Sequence record: NZ_CP069398.1
Reading direction: 5' to 3' (one strand)
From: a plasmid
Length of the DNA stretch: 64,000 bases
A program made the position numbers and the translations under genes. Within the stretch, counting starts at the first letter, position 1. The number at the start of each line of letters is the position of its first letter. The notes beneath the pieces were generated by a model that saw nothing but the letters and a program-made list of their open reading frames with translations, made no database searches and was not told the DNA's origin. Of this stretch, positions 28,861 through 39,337 are shown piece after piece.

Positions 28861-31302
28861 TTATGAATTTATGTTTTGTTTAATCTTATTCAATATATCT
28901 TTTTGAGTATTCGTTATTTTTGGTGTTTCATCTTCTACTGTTTTCTCCAAAGTTGCTACAACTTGTTGTTTTTCAGTTGCCGCAGCGACTTGTTGATTTT
29001 GAAAATGTACAATAGCTTCATTAACAATTTCTCGATTTTTCTTTTGTTGCTCCATTTTCTTTTCTTCTTCTGCCTTTATACGCTGCTGCTCTTTTTCCTC
29101 TTCCAATTCCTTTTTACGTTGTTCCATACTAGCTATTTGCAGTTCTTCGTACTGCTTCACTTTTTCATCAAACAAGGCTTTTGCGTCTGCGTCTGTAGAT
29201 AGTTCATAGTCCTGCAAATCTATTTTATATTTCTCTGTTAACGCTACTTTGTTTTCATCTAGAAAGTACTTATATTGATAAGCTTTATTTAGTCGTATAG
29301 GGTTAGTATTATCTGTAACTAATAAAGCTTCATCTTTTGGTAATGATTTTACTTCTGTTGGGTCTAATAAAGGACGTTTCACTACGCTTGTAGACTCACT
29401 GCTTGAACTTCCAGTATTGGACGTATTTTTGGATTTAGATACGGCTTCTACTGTCGTAGAACCTAGCAGGTTACTAAATAATTCTTGTGTTGCTTTATCT
29501 GATGCTTTTAATAAAAGCTTAGCAGAACAATTGGCCAGAAAACTATCCGTTTCCTTCGGATAAGTTTTTTCAATTTGAGTGATATTTTGTAGGATTGGAA
29601 CTACCGATATACCGTAGCCTCGACACGTACTTAAAAATGTAGTGAAATCTGGTAGTTTAGAAATGTTTGCAAATTCATCTAAAATAAATTGTACAGGTAC
29701 ATATAACTCTTTCTTTTGCGTTTCCCTTGCCACCATTTTTAACTCTCGGAATAGCTGCCTAATGAATAAACTTACTAACGATGCAAATGATTTATCATCC
29801 TCATCAATAATTAGATATAGAGCTACCTTTTTACGTCCTATATTTCCTAATAAAAAATCACTGCTGCTTGTTAATCTGCGTACTGCGTTTGATGCAAAAT
29901 CTGATACAGTTGTAAGTAATGAAATGATAATCCCTGCACGTGTTTTACCAATCGATTTTTTATAACCTAATTCATATTGTTCTCGGGCAGGGTGATTAAA
30001 GCTGAGTCGCCCAAACATGGCATCTAAAGCCGACTGTTCTTCCTCTTTGTTGAAAGTATCTTCAAACTCACGCAAGAAGTTCAAAATCCCCCCTAGATTA
30101 CGGTCTTGAGGTTCAAATTCATATACTGCATAGAGAATTAAGGCTTTTAATAATGCTAATTGAGCGTTAATCCACACATTGGACTGGGACATATCATTTT
30201 TACTTGAAACTATGGCATGGGCTACAGTTGATGCATCAGTTTCTTTTCTAACATAGTCCAGAGGATTCCAACAGTTAGATGACCACATATCTAGAAAATT
30301 CATCACAATGACTTGATAACCTTGCTTTTCTTTAATACGCGCCGTATTAACAAATACCTCACCTTTTGGATCTGTTACAACTACACTTGATTGAGTTTGG
30401 AACATAACATTCCCCATTACAAAACCTTGAGTTTTCTTTCCACCTGAGCCCCCAACAACTATTACATTACGATTACCTAATTCTGAATCAAATGTTTGAA
30501 TGACAGGTGAAGAATCTTTTATGCCAAATATAGTTCCTGATTGGGGATATAGCTCTTTAAATTTCTTTTTTTGCAGTTCTGTATAGTAATCCATACTAAA
30601 AGGAATATAAGAAACCATTTCTTCTTCTGATAAATCTTGAAGGTTATATGAATACGATTCGTTCCCCTTATTGACTGTTAGCATTTTTTTCTCAGAAAGC
30701 TGCAACTCATATTTTAGAAATTCATCCCGTCTTTCTGGTTTTATTCTTTCGGCTGCATCTTCTATTTTCTTTACACGAGACATTTCAAACCGTTTTAACC
30801 TTGATAAGTTGTCTTTAATTGAAGTAACAATTTCTTGGTCAACCTCGGCTTCACCGTTCAATATCTTTTTGTACTCTTCGTCAACTTCCTTTTGAATATT
30901 AAAACTTGCTTCAATATCAGCAACCAGTTGTTTACTTGGCATTTTTTTAGCGAAGTAACTTAAGTCAAATGCTTCTTTGATTGTTGCCCATCTTGATGTA
31001 CCATGCACACCCACATGATGGGCGGCTTTATACCCTTTTTGACTGCTTCCAGATGCACGAAGCATTACAAAAATGATTCCTAGTAGTAACAGAGGTTGAG
31101 CGATTTTAAAGGGAACTTGCTCCCATGCGGATGGGAGCAAGTCAATAGGCGATTGAGCAAAGTTTAAAGCTACATTAATTACTTCTTGAGGTTGTTTAAT
31201 AACGACGGGGACAGTAGCGAATACAACAGCTAAAACATAGTCTACTATAAGTGCTAAAACGAATAGAAAAGTAAATATTCCGGCTTTAGGCAAAACAATC
31301 AC
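28861..31302 (-). CDS. Type IV coupling protein, VirD4/TraG/TraJ(pIP501)/PcfC-like
   Basis: Two N-terminal TM helices, then a P-loop NTPase (VVGGSGGKKTQGFVMGN) and a Walker B-like LYLIIDE. Long K/E-rich coiled-coil tail, 813 aa. It is the last gene of the T4SS operon. Confidence 0.7.
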   Translation of the reverse strand: MIVLPKAGIFTFLFVLALIVDYVLAVVFATVPVVIKQPQEVINVALNFAQSPIDLLPSAWEQVPFKIAQPLLLLGIIFVMLRASGSSQKGYKAAHHVGVHGTSRWATIKEAFDLSYFAKKMPSKQLVADIEASFNIQKEVDEEYKKILNGEAEVDQEIVTSIKDNLSRLKRFEMSRVKKIEDAAERIKPERRDEFLKYELQLSEKKMLTVNKGNESYSYNLQDLSEEEMVSYIPFSMDYYTELQKKKFKELYPQSGTIFGIKDSSPVIQTFDSELGNRNVIVVGGSGGKKTQGFVMGNVMFQTQSSVVVTDPKGEVFVNTARIKEKQGYQVIVMNFLDMWSSNCWNPLDYVRKETDASTVAHAIVSSKNDMSQSNVWINAQLALLKALILYAVYEFEPQDRNLGGILNFLREFEDTFNKEEEQSALDAMFGRLSFNHPAREQYELGYKKSIGKTRAGIIISLLTTVSDFASNAVRRLTSSSDFLLGNIGRKKVALYLIIDEDDKSFASLVSLFIRQLFRELKMVARETQKKELYVPVQFILDEFANISKLPDFTTFLSTCRGYGISVVPILQNITQIEKTYPKETDSFLANCSAKLLLKASDKATQELFSNLLGSTTVEAVSKSKNTSNTGSSSSESTSVVKRPLLDPTEVKSLPKDEALLVTDNTNPIRLNKAYQYKYFLDENKVALTEKYKIDLQDYELSTDADAKALFDEKVKQYEELQIASMEQRKKELEEEKEQQRIKAEEEKKMEQQKKNREIVNEAIVHFQNQQVAAATEKQQVVATLEKTVEDETPKITNTQKDILNKIKQNINS

Positions 31303-31311
31303 GCTCCTTAA

Positions 31312-32628
31312 TTATGCTTTGTTAATGTTTTCAATCTCTTTTTGAATAGACTCAATTTCTTTTTTCTTTTGGTCATCATCTTTTTCCTTATCGGATTTAA
31401 TGAGATCGATTTGTTTGTTTTTCGCTTGAATCATAAGACTTTTATCGTTCAAACCTTTAGCAAGGTCAAATGCCTCTTTTGCTTTATTTGTATTAATATA
31501 AGAACTAGCAAGCATCCCCTTTTGTCTATCGTCAGGTTTAATTTTATCTTTCAATTCAATTACTTTATTAAAATCTCTATTAATATAAGCCTGCTCAAAC
31601 TGCACTAATGGCGAGTCTGATTTCCAATTCTTCAATCCTTCATCATTATGAGCAACTAAGTATTTAACAACGTCTTCTTCAGAAGACATTTTAGCTGCTT
31701 CAGCATAATTTCCAATACCTATATAACCCTGCTGTAATAATGACTTTTCTTCGGCATTTAGCTGCTTCTTAGTACTTAACAACTTAACTAATTCATCATT
31801 TTGTCCCTTATATTGTAATCGATAAGCCTGTAATATTTCATTTGACTGTTTTAAATCGTTTTGATTAGTTGTTGCGGCTACTGTTGAAGCTTCTGAAGGG
31901 GCATAGATTGATTTCCCTAAAGCAAATGATCCTCCAGATAAACCAATCGCTAAAACAATTGCACCGCCAATCGTTAAGAGCTTATTTGGTTGTGGCATAG
32001 CTGTTTTTCTTTTAGAATCTAATTCTTTCATATAAGTTTCTTGCAGACGTTCTCTTTCCCGCACAATCGCTATTTCAATATCATCAAAGTTCCGAGCATC
32101 TGCAATATGTTTCAAGAAATCAGATAAATCTTCATAAACGCTATAAATTCCTTGCTTTCTTAATGAATCGAATGAGTGTTTTGTAAATAGATAAACAATA
32201 AGGCATTGAATATAATAGAAGTCATTCTGGTCAATTGGATTTGTCAGCCCTTTTAAACCTCTATACAGCGCTTTTACCTCTTGCAGCTGCTTAAAATATA
32301 GGTTTTCAGGATATAGGAAAGTAGTATATTCACTCTCCCCCAGAAATCTAAAGGTTAGGAGATTTTCAGCGATAGCAAGCTTTTGCAATGGTGCTTGTTT
32401 TCTTGCTCTTGGGAGAGGAACAAAGCCTTCTTCAATTTCGTAATTTAGTATTGTATATTGCTTATCATAATGAATTTCAGTACAATCGAAGAATAGATGA
32501 GATGGGCTTTTGAGTGGCTTCAATTCGCTAACCGCATCTATTTTCGTTAAGCTGGTCGAAATGCGATATTCGCATTTCCGACCTTCTACTTTTAAAGTTC
32601 CTTCTAGAAACATATTTGACTTAGCCAT
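31312..32628 (-). CDS. Bitopic membrane protein of the T4SS operon (cytoplasmic N-domain, TM, helical extracellular C-domain)
   Basis: 438 aa with a central TM helix (LLTIGGAIVLAIGLSGGSFALG) and a TPR-like C-terminal half. Confidence 0.4.
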   Translation of the reverse strand: MAKSNMFLEGTLKVEGRKCEYRISTSLTKIDAVSELKPLKSPSHLFFDCTEIHYDKQYTILNYEIEEGFVPLPRARKQAPLQKLAIAENLLTFRFLGESEYTTFLYPENLYFKQLQEVKALYRGLKGLTNPIDQNDFYYIQCLIVYLFTKHSFDSLRKQGIYSVYEDLSDFLKHIADARNFDDIEIAIVRERERLQETYMKELDSKRKTAMPQPNKLLTIGGAIVLAIGLSGGSFALGKSIYAPSEASTVAATTNQNDLKQSNEILQAYRLQYKGQNDELVKLLSTKKQLNAEEKSLLQQGYIGIGNYAEAAKMSSEEDVVKYLVAHNDEGLKNWKSDSPLVQFEQAYINRDFNKVIELKDKIKPDDRQKGMLASSYINTNKAKEAFDLAKGLNDKSLMIQAKNKQIDLIKSDKEKDDDQKKKEIESIQKEIENINKA

Positions 32629-32763
32629 TATTTGAATCCCCTTCCTTTGCGATGAGTTTTGATGGAGATAAAAAACTTGTTGTTAACATTACGAAATCCC
32701 ATATAAAACGACAAATTAAAATGATAAAAGTTCCTGCTAAGATTAAAACTAAAGTTTCCATCA

Positions 32764-33738
32764 TTATCTACCACCTCTTAGAATGTATTTTCCAACTGCA
32801 ACTTTACCCATTGACCCCATTGCTCCAATTGCTGCTTTACCACTTCCTGACGAGTATAAAAACTGTCTTAAGTATGTTGGCCCAGAGATTAAAACAAGAA
32901 GTAGACCGAAGGCAATGACTATTTGCACCCTTTCCATTGACGCGAATAGATTGACGACCATAAACAAGATAATATGCTGCAAAACCCTTGTGAAAACTAC
33001 AGCAACCATTTCTCTCCACCAGACAGGAAAAGCGTTCATGTCGCTGCTCACTAAGCTTATAGCCGCAATTGGGGACGTAGCTACTAGAAATGTGAATTCA
33101 CCGATTACCTTAACTGTTTGGAATGCAATGATAAGGAATATGACAACAAAAACTACGCTTGCTATAGCTACAAACAAAAGTCCACTTTCTAGGTTAAGCC
33201 CTATCACTTTAGCCAATTCACTGCTTGGCTTTCCTGCTGTCAACCACTTCCCTATAGCGCTGTCTTCAAATACTATCCCTTTATTAATAAAAAACAGGCT
33301 CATATATTTACTAAGTTTTAATAACATGTCAATTATCCATGGTAGTATTGCTATAAGTACCATAGCCTTCATCATGGCTACAAGCTTTTCTTTCATATAG
33401 ATTCGATCTCCATCCACATTAACTCTGACCATACCTTCTAATATGTGATACAACATCAGGCAGGGTAAGAGTGCAATGGCAAACCATTTGAAAAAGCTTA
33501 ATACTGTATCTACAGTTGGATTATCATAAATTCCCGGCTCTAAAATAAACCATTTCAACCATTTTAGAACTGATTCACCTGCTGACCGACTTAAATCTGT
33601 AAGTATATCAATAAGCTTCCCAGATGCTGAGCTCGAAACTGCTTCTGTAGCTGAATCGATTGGATGAGCAACAACATCCTTAGCTTTACCTGCTGCATCT
33701 TTTATGCTATCCCATTTTTCTGCAATTGGATTAGGCAT
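32764..33738 (-). CDS. Polytopic membrane protein, candidate VirB6/TraL-like channel component
   Basis: 324 aa with 6 or more TM helices, in the T4SS operon. Confidence 0.4.
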   Translation of the reverse strand: MPNPIAEKWDSIKDAAGKAKDVVAHPIDSATEAVSSSASGKLIDILTDLSRSAGESVLKWLKWFILEPGIYDNPTVDTVLSFFKWFAIALLPCLMLYHILEGMVRVNVDGDRIYMKEKLVAMMKAMVLIAILPWIIDMLLKLSKYMSLFFINKGIVFEDSAIGKWLTAGKPSSELAKVIGLNLESGLLFVAIASVVFVVIFLIIAFQTVKVIGEFTFLVATSPIAAISLVSSDMNAFPVWWREMVAVVFTRVLQHIILFMVVNLFASMERVQIVIAFGLLLVLISGPTYLRQFLYSSGSGKAAIGAMGSMGKVAVGKYILRGGR

Positions 33739-33749
33739 TTAAAACCCTC

Positions 33750-34397
33750 CTATTCAGTGTAAAACTTTGTATCTGAGTAATGTTGAATTTTGTAAATCCC
33801 CTCTTCTTGCTTTAGTGCAAAACCTGTGTACCCTTCCTTTTCAGGTGTTTTGATTTGAAGAAATACAATATACACCTTACTTTTTTTATCGTAGCTTACA
33901 TCTATAACGGAATAATCATCTACTTTAGTATTGATGATTTTATTATCGTTATCGCCTAATTCGCTGTACAAGCCGATATTTTCGTAAAATTGAATAATAC
34001 CATCTGTTTTATATCTTTCTAAAGAATCCTTTGTATAATACTTCTCTATATTTCCAACAATTTGATTTTTTAAGTCATTTGCGCTTTGCCCTGTAAATTC
34101 CTTAGTTGAAAAAGGCTGAATCATTGCTAAAACGGTTTTCTTTGATTCTTCTAATGCATATTTATCTTGATTAGATAAATCAGATTTAATATTTCCTTTT
34201 TGCTCAAGAACATTAAACTGACTATCCTTTTTTTCACTAGAAGCTTGCTCTTCTTTTTGTGTTTTCTCAGTTTGTTCAATTGGTTTAGAAACTGCCTTTT
34301 CTGGGGGACTATCTGTCCTGCCAAAAATCAGTGCAACAGCTACTAAAATAACAATAAACCCTACGAAGCTTCCTATTAAAAGCGTTGTTTTTTTCAT
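33750..34397 (-). CDS. Membrane-anchored T4SS protein (N-terminal TM plus extracytoplasmic domain)
   Basis: 215 aa. Confidence 0.35.
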   Translation of the reverse strand: MKKTTLLIGSFVGFIVILVAVALIFGRTDSPPEKAVSKPIEQTEKTQKEEQASSEKKDSQFNVLEQKGNIKSDLSNQDKYALEESKKTVLAMIQPFSTKEFTGQSANDLKNQIVGNIEKYYTKDSLERYKTDGIIQFYENIGLYSELGDNDNKIINTKVDDYSVIDVSYDKKSKVYIVFLQIKTPEKEGYTGFALKQEEGIYKIQHYSDTKFYTE

Positions 34398-34408
34398 AAG
34401 ATGCCCTC

Positions 34409-34963
34409 CTACTGTTGAGATATAATTTCCGCACTATCTACTAAATACTGATGCTTTTCTTTATTAAAGACCAATTTACATTTTAGGATTACTTGTGAAG
34501 TAGAATCAGTACCGTTCACTAACATATCATTATCAAATATGGCAATAGCCCTTGCTGTAGTTGAATTTAATGGCGTTACATAAGCTTCTAGGTTATTGAC
34601 TGATGATACAATTTTGAAGTCTTTATTAAGCTTTGGAAACTTTCCGTCAGAACTTGAAGGATTCATTGATTTTAGACCGTTATTTGTTACGAATGGTTTA
34701 GCTTTTTCGTACCGATCATCACTATCAGAAGAGTAATCAAATGAACCTTTTATAAATTCTTCAACTACTTTTCTAGCTGTTATCATGTCCTGCCAATCTT
34801 CTTTAGCATCTTGTTTATTTTGTTTAATTGAGTTTAATTGCTGAGCTTCGGTTTGCGCTTGTGAAGCTTTATGATTTGCTGTAAATGTAGTAGCAGCAAA
34901 AACAACTACTAGGATAATTAGAAATCCGATTATAATGTTTTTTAAACTACTCATTGTTATCAC
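34409..34963 (-). CDS. Membrane-anchored T4SS protein, possibly VirB8/TraH/TcpC-like (NTF2-like fold)
   Basis: 184 aa. Its N-terminal TM and its position immediately after the hydrolase gene match the pIP501 and Tn916 layouts. Confidence 0.35.
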   Translation of the reverse strand: MITMSSLKNIIIGFLIILVVVFAATTFTANHKASQAQTEAQQLNSIKQNKQDAKEDWQDMITARKVVEEFIKGSFDYSSDSDDRYEKAKPFVTNNGLKSMNPSSSDGKFPKLNKDFKIVSSVNNLEAYVTPLNSTTARAIAIFDNDMLVNGTDSTSQVILKCKLVFNKEKHQYLVDSAEIISQQ

Positions 34964-34972
34964 CTCACTATT

Positions 34973-36007
34973 TTAAGAAGGGCGACCGGCTGCATAGTAA
35001 TGTTGACCCCAATAGCCTGTAAATACATTAGCAATATTGACACCACTACTACTTGAATTAATCATTTTGCCGTTTCCTATATACATTCCAACATGAGTTA
35101 CCGTTGGTCCCGCATATGTTCCAGCAAAGAAAACCATGTCTCCTGGTCGCAATTCATTCTTATCAATTTTAGTAACTGCGTTATATTGCAATTGTGCTGT
35201 ACGAGGGAGTTTTATTCCGGACTGAGCGTAATTCCACTGCATCAACCCCGAGCAATCAAACCCTGTTGCTGGGCTAGCACCACCCCAAACGTACTTATCG
35301 CCTAAGTATTGAGCCATATCACTATAGACTTTGTTTACATCAAAATTTTGACCACCTGATCCATTTGTCGATACGGGTTGAGCATTAGCAGTTGCTGTAC
35401 TATTTACATTGCCGTCGTAATATCTTAGGACATGGTCTACATAGTTAATGTCTCCATATCTTCTCCATCCTTTTTTAGCTGCCATCATATTGGAGAAAGC
35501 CACTGCATTTTCTTTTGAATAACCCCCTCGTTTATTGGCATAGCTGATAAATCCCTTCCCGAAATTGTAAGATTGGAGCGATAATTTCACATCACCATTA
35601 GCCTCTTTTAACACTTCTGAAAAGTATTTAACGCCTACATCTATACTAACCATTGGGTCTTTTATCGCATTTCGTCCAAGTTGAATACTTTCGGAACTTT
35701 GCATGACATCAGGTAAGCGCCCCCCACTCTCTTGCATCATTTTGGCTAATAAAATAGGGACATAATTTTCGGATAGTCCGTATTTTTTAGCCGCAGCCGC
35801 AACAGCAGGTTCATACCTCGTAACCAGTGGGGATACTTTAGCCTTACCTGCTCCAATGGATGATGGAGCAGGATTATCAGAGGGAGTATCTAAGACACCA
35901 CTTGCGATTAGAAAAATAACCCCGAAAAATGAAATCACAGCAATTGCAATAGGCTTTTTAAAACGATATAACGTCCCTACTGCTTTAGCCGTTGCAATAG
36001 CAGCCAT
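34973..36007 (-). CDS. Bifunctional cell-wall hydrolase: lytic transglycosylase/lysozyme-like domain plus NlpC/P60 (CwlT/TraG/PrgK-like)
   Basis: N-terminal half has an SLT-like motif MMQESGG. C-terminal half has NlpC/P60 motifs YVWGG...FDCSGLMQW...THVGMYIG (Cys-His catalytic pair). Confidence 0.8.
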   Translation of the reverse strand: MAAIATAKAVGTLYRFKKPIAIAVISFFGVIFLIASGVLDTPSDNPAPSSIGAGKAKVSPLVTRYEPAVAAAAKKYGLSENYVPILLAKMMQESGGRLPDVMQSSESIQLGRNAIKDPMVSIDVGVKYFSEVLKEANGDVKLSLQSYNFGKGFISYANKRGGYSKENAVAFSNMMAAKKGWRRYGDINYVDHVLRYYDGNVNSTATANAQPVSTNGSGGQNFDVNKVYSDMAQYLGDKYVWGGASPATGFDCSGLMQWNYAQSGIKLPRTAQLQYNAVTKIDKNELRPGDMVFFAGTYAGPTVTHVGMYIGNGKMINSSSSGVNIANVFTGYWGQHYYAAGRPS

Positions 36008-36009
36008 CT

Positions 36010-37932
36010 TTACAACACCTCGCGTTTAATATCGCTAATATCATAGTCTGGTACAACAGAGGCATCTTTCTTATATGTTTCTTGGTATCGTACTTTATCA
36101 AATAAGCGCATTTCTTCTTGTGATTGGATAACTTCCATGTAGACCCTCTTTGTACCAATACAATAAATGCCCTTTCCTTTCTGCTTTCTTTTTAGAATAT
36201 CTATCTCGCTTTCTGATAAGCTAACTCCTCCCCGAGATACAAGGTCATCAATTCCCTTTTCTTCTAATCCTAAGATGAATTTTGTGTAAGAATTTTCAAT
36301 AATAGCAGCTCCATAATTCCTTTTTCCGTCTGATGCAGATAGATAATCATCAATCTGTTGTGTGGTAACCGTACAACCTCCGAAATACTTTCTTATACGC
36401 TTGTATATCTGATACACGAATTTCATTAGCATTGGGTGGTCTGGATCGGCTAATACGTGGCATTCGTCGATGTACAAACGTTTGGGCTGTGTTTTGTCTT
36501 TTGTGATTTCATCCCAGAGAAAAGTGATTACATTGTACATGGCAGCACGTTTCAAATCCGATCCGTCTTCTAGATGTTTTAAATCAAAGGAAATCAGATC
36601 GTTTTTTAAATCTACCTTTGTGTGACCATTGAATAGTTTTGAATTTGTACCTGAGACGTATGTTTTAAAAATAAGTTTAAATTGACGTAGTTCGTCCGCC
36701 TCTTCTTTTGGAAGTTTGTCGATTTGTTCGTATAAGTCGCTGAATGTCGGGAATGATTCTGAAGTTAATTCTCTGAAGTCTGTTTTAAATGTAATTTCTT
36801 TAGCTGCATAGGTTTTAATAAGAACTTGCTCAAGTAAAGCTTCTTCTACTTGTGATAAGTCTTTTTTTATTGCTTTGAATAAGATTTTCAATCTTTGTAT
36901 TTTTTGGTCAATTAAAGAACCAACTAATTCTATATCTTGATCTTCATCTTCGACTGTATCTAAATTTTTCGAATCAGTAACGGCTGTATTCATGATTTCA
37001 AGTGGATTAATTACTGTTTTTGACATGTTCGAAACTGTAACAACAGTACCTCCGAGAGAGGTTACAATACCTGTGAATTCTCCTTCTGGATCAATGATGA
37101 AATTTCTCACGCCTTGAATCCAGTGTCTCAACATATCTGATGTCATAGTTGTTGTTTTGGCCATACCTGAAAAACCTGCACTAAATTCATTGTGGTTTGC
37201 TAAAGCAAAGTGGTCTACTAATACGATGCTGCCTGTGGTGATATTTTTACCCTTTACGACGCTGTATTTCGATTGGTTGAAGATTTCACTATCATCAAAA
37301 GGGAAAACTGAAGATACAGCTTCAACATCCATATTTCTAAATGTTACATCAGGAACTTGATTTGCCATCAACGGAAGTGTTGATTGAAATGCTTGCGCAC
37401 TTCGATATTTAACCAGCGTTCCTTTTAACTTTACTCGCCGCAATGCGCCTAAAACTCTTTCCCGTAAACGACTTAACTCCGCCATACTCTCAGCGTGTAT
37501 ATTTAAGTACATATGAACACGAAACATAGCATCATTGTCACTTTCGATTAATTTGTCCATCAAGCGAGTTGCATCTTTAAAGTCTAATAGAGCATTACGT
37601 TTTTTTTCTTCATCTGCACTAACTGTTCTAGATTCCAATTCTGGAATTGCTGAACGTAAATGTTTGATCATTTCCGAGCTTGGGATTTTTTCAATGTGGA
37701 AAGAGATAGATAAATTACCTTGAAATCGTCTTAATCTAGAAAGCCAGTTACCATATAGACGTTTTGGGTAATCATATACACAAATAGTTTGAACATAATT
37801 TCTTCCAATCTCCATATGCAATTCTTTTTCATCTATTGAATCAGGGGCTAAAACATCCTTAAAGGATGTTAAGTCCGATTCGTGTAGAATCGGTTCAGCT
37901 TCTTTAAACGACTTCTTGTTTCTTAATTTCAA
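36010..37932 (-). CDS. VirB4-family conjugal transfer ATPase (TraE/PrgJ/ConE-like), C-terminal 640 aa
   Basis: VirB4 N-domain pattern (ICVYDYPKRLYGNWLSRL). ATPase motifs: Walker A-like GFSGMAKTT, IDPEGEF, Walker B LYIDECH. Confidence 0.75.
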   Translation of the reverse strand: MKLRNKKSFKEAEPILHESDLTSFKDVLAPDSIDEKELHMEIGRNYVQTICVYDYPKRLYGNWLSRLRRFQGNLSISFHIEKIPSSEMIKHLRSAIPELESRTVSADEEKKRNALLDFKDATRLMDKLIESDNDAMFRVHMYLNIHAESMAELSRLRERVLGALRRVKLKGTLVKYRSAQAFQSTLPLMANQVPDVTFRNMDVEAVSSVFPFDDSEIFNQSKYSVVKGKNITTGSIVLVDHFALANHNEFSAGFSGMAKTTTMTSDMLRHWIQGVRNFIIDPEGEFTGIVTSLGGTVVTVSNMSKTVINPLEIMNTAVTDSKNLDTVEDEDQDIELVGSLIDQKIQRLKILFKAIKKDLSQVEEALLEQVLIKTYAAKEITFKTDFRELTSESFPTFSDLYEQIDKLPKEEADELRQFKLIFKTYVSGTNSKLFNGHTKVDLKNDLISFDLKHLEDGSDLKRAAMYNVITFLWDEITKDKTQPKRLYIDECHVLADPDHPMLMKFVYQIYKRIRKYFGGCTVTTQQIDDYLSASDGKRNYGAAIIENSYTKFILGLEEKGIDDLVSRGGVSLSESEIDILKRKQKGKGIYCIGTKRVYMEVIQSQEEMRLFDKVRYQETYKKDASVVPDYDISDIKREVL

Positions 37933-38626
37933 CTATAACTCCCCCTTCTTGTTCTTTTTTTCCAGTGATGAATTGAGGTATATCAATGCTTTCAATCGGT
38001 TGATATACTGCATCTTGATAATTGTAAAATATTTGCAACAACTGTACTATTTCGTTGTTATTTAATTGTTCGCATTCTAGTGTGAAATCGTCACCTAACA
38101 TCCCTGTAATTTCCTCTATTAAATCTTGTGTTCTTTGTTCCAATTCTTCGAGCGTGTCTTGATAAGCCAATTCATCTTTTCCTTTAATTTTTTCACCAAT
38201 GATTACGTAGTGTTCTTTTTTAACAACAGATTTTTTAGTTTGATGTTCGTCATTATAGTGGATGTAACTCCTTAACAGCCTCTTTTTAAATGGATTAGTG
38301 GTTACTTCATGCTTTCTAATTAAATCCGCCATATGACTTCTTAAATTTACAGGTTGTGCAATAGTTTCAAATTGTATTTCACTATTGTCATCTAAACCAC
38401 CTAAAAAATTCTCAAATGATTCAAAAACATAATTCTGTTCATTTCTACTCATTAAGTCTAGATTGATCGCAGACACTCGGAGAATAGCTACAATCTTTGA
38501 ATCTTTTGTAATAGCTACGTTATCGCGTATATCTTCAATGTATAAAAAATCTTGTGTAGATAGATTTTCCTTATCATTCTTATCTTTCTGACGAGCAATC
38601 AAAAAAGATTGAAGTTTTTTCAACAC
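37904..38626 (-). CDS. Conjugation protein (240 aa) overlapping the VirB4 start by 29 nt in another frame. It is either a separate protein or the N-terminal part of a frameshifted VirB4.
   Basis: Pattern QDFLYIEDIRDNVAITKDSKIVAILRVSAINLDLMS...FESFENFL resembles N-terminal regions of Gram-positive VirB4 proteins such as Tn916 Orf16. Confidence 0.4.
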   Translation of the reverse strand: MLKKLQSFLIARQKDKNDKENLSTQDFLYIEDIRDNVAITKDSKIVAILRVSAINLDLMSRNEQNYVFESFENFLGGLDDNSEIQFETIAQPVNLRSHMADLIRKHEVTTNPFKKRLLRSYIHYNDEHQTKKSVVKKEHYVIIGEKIKGKDELAYQDTLEELEQRTQDLIEEITGMLGDDFTLECEQLNNNEIVQLLQIFYNYQDAVYQPIESIDIPQFITGKKEQEGGVIVEIKKQEVV

Positions 38627-38627
38627 A

Positions 38628-38999
38628 CTATTTCACTCCTTTTTTTCTGTACAAAAACCTTTTTTGGCGCTGTTCATAATTGAACATCCAAAGGATATGT
38701 TTCCAAGCTGGTATGTCTTTTCTGAGTGGTTTTATTATAATGAGAGAAAAGGTTAAGCTGATTAAAAGAAAGTCAATCAGAATTTGTAAAATCCAATTGA
38801 CTTTTGCGAAAAATAAGAGCAATGCTAGAAGTAAGTTTGGGATAAAAAACACTAGGTCTTTTAGATAAATTCCCCAAAACTGTATTTTAGCGTCTACGTT
38901 AACAGGGATATAAAATTCTTTCCCTTTGGTTGCCTCTTCACCAAATAGTGATTTACCAAGTATCTTTTTTAGGGCGCGTAATACTTGTTCATCTGTCAT
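38628..38999 (-). CDS. Small T4SS membrane protein (2 TM, TcpE/Orf17-like)
   Basis: 123 aa with a hydrophobic core LLLALLLFFAKVNWILQILIDFLLISL. Confidence 0.4.
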   Translation of the reverse strand: MTDEQVLRALKKILGKSLFGEEATKGKEFYIPVNVDAKIQFWGIYLKDLVFFIPNLLLALLLFFAKVNWILQILIDFLLISLTFSLIIIKPLRKDIPAWKHILWMFNYEQRQKRFLYRKKGVK

Positions 39000-39004
39000 A
39001 TCAA

Positions 39005-39337
39005 TCAGTACCCAACTAAACCTTTAACCCAGTAAATAAGTCCACCAATGATACACGCTAAAATTTCAAGAATAATCAGATATTGAACTTTACCTTTTAG
39101 TTCTGCTCGATCATGATTCTCTTGTTTTGACATGTAACTGATAATTAAGAATATTGCGTTTGCAGCACAATATAAGGTTGCAATTCCAACTCCCACCCCT
39201 ATGACTGCATTAAGAACTTTTGAAATAGCTGCCTCTGGATCAATCGCTTTTGGTGCTGCATAAGCAAGAGTTGGAGTTAACAACATTGCTGTTGCTGCTG
39301 AGAAAACTTTTAATTTTCCGTCAATTTTTTTTAACAA
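39005..39337 (-). CDS. Small secreted/membrane T4SS protein (signal peptide plus TM), pilin-like candidate
   Basis: 110 aa. Signal peptide ...AAPKAIDP, then a hydrophobic helix VIGVGVGIATLYCAANAIFLIISY. Confidence 0.35.
   Translation of the reverse strand: MLKKIDGKLKVFSAATAMLLTPTLAYAAPKAIDPEAAISKVLNAVIGVGVGIATLYCAANAIFLIISYMSKQENHDRAELKGKVQYLIILEILACIIGGLIYWVKGLVGY

Noticed and set aside
28861-31302. Unusual Walker A (GGSGGKKT) in the VirD4-like protein as evidence of an inactive ATPase
   Set aside because: P-loop variants of this kind occur in Gram-positive coupling proteins. This cannot be judged without an alignment.
31312-32628. 438-aa bitopic protein as a type VII secretion EssB/YukC homolog
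   Set aside because: The topology is reminiscent (cytoplasmic N-domain, single central TM, extracellular C-domain), but no ESX/WXG100 substrates or EssC-size ATPase are present, and the gene sits inside a pIP501-type T4SS operon. A T4SS bitopic component (TraK-like) is more likely.
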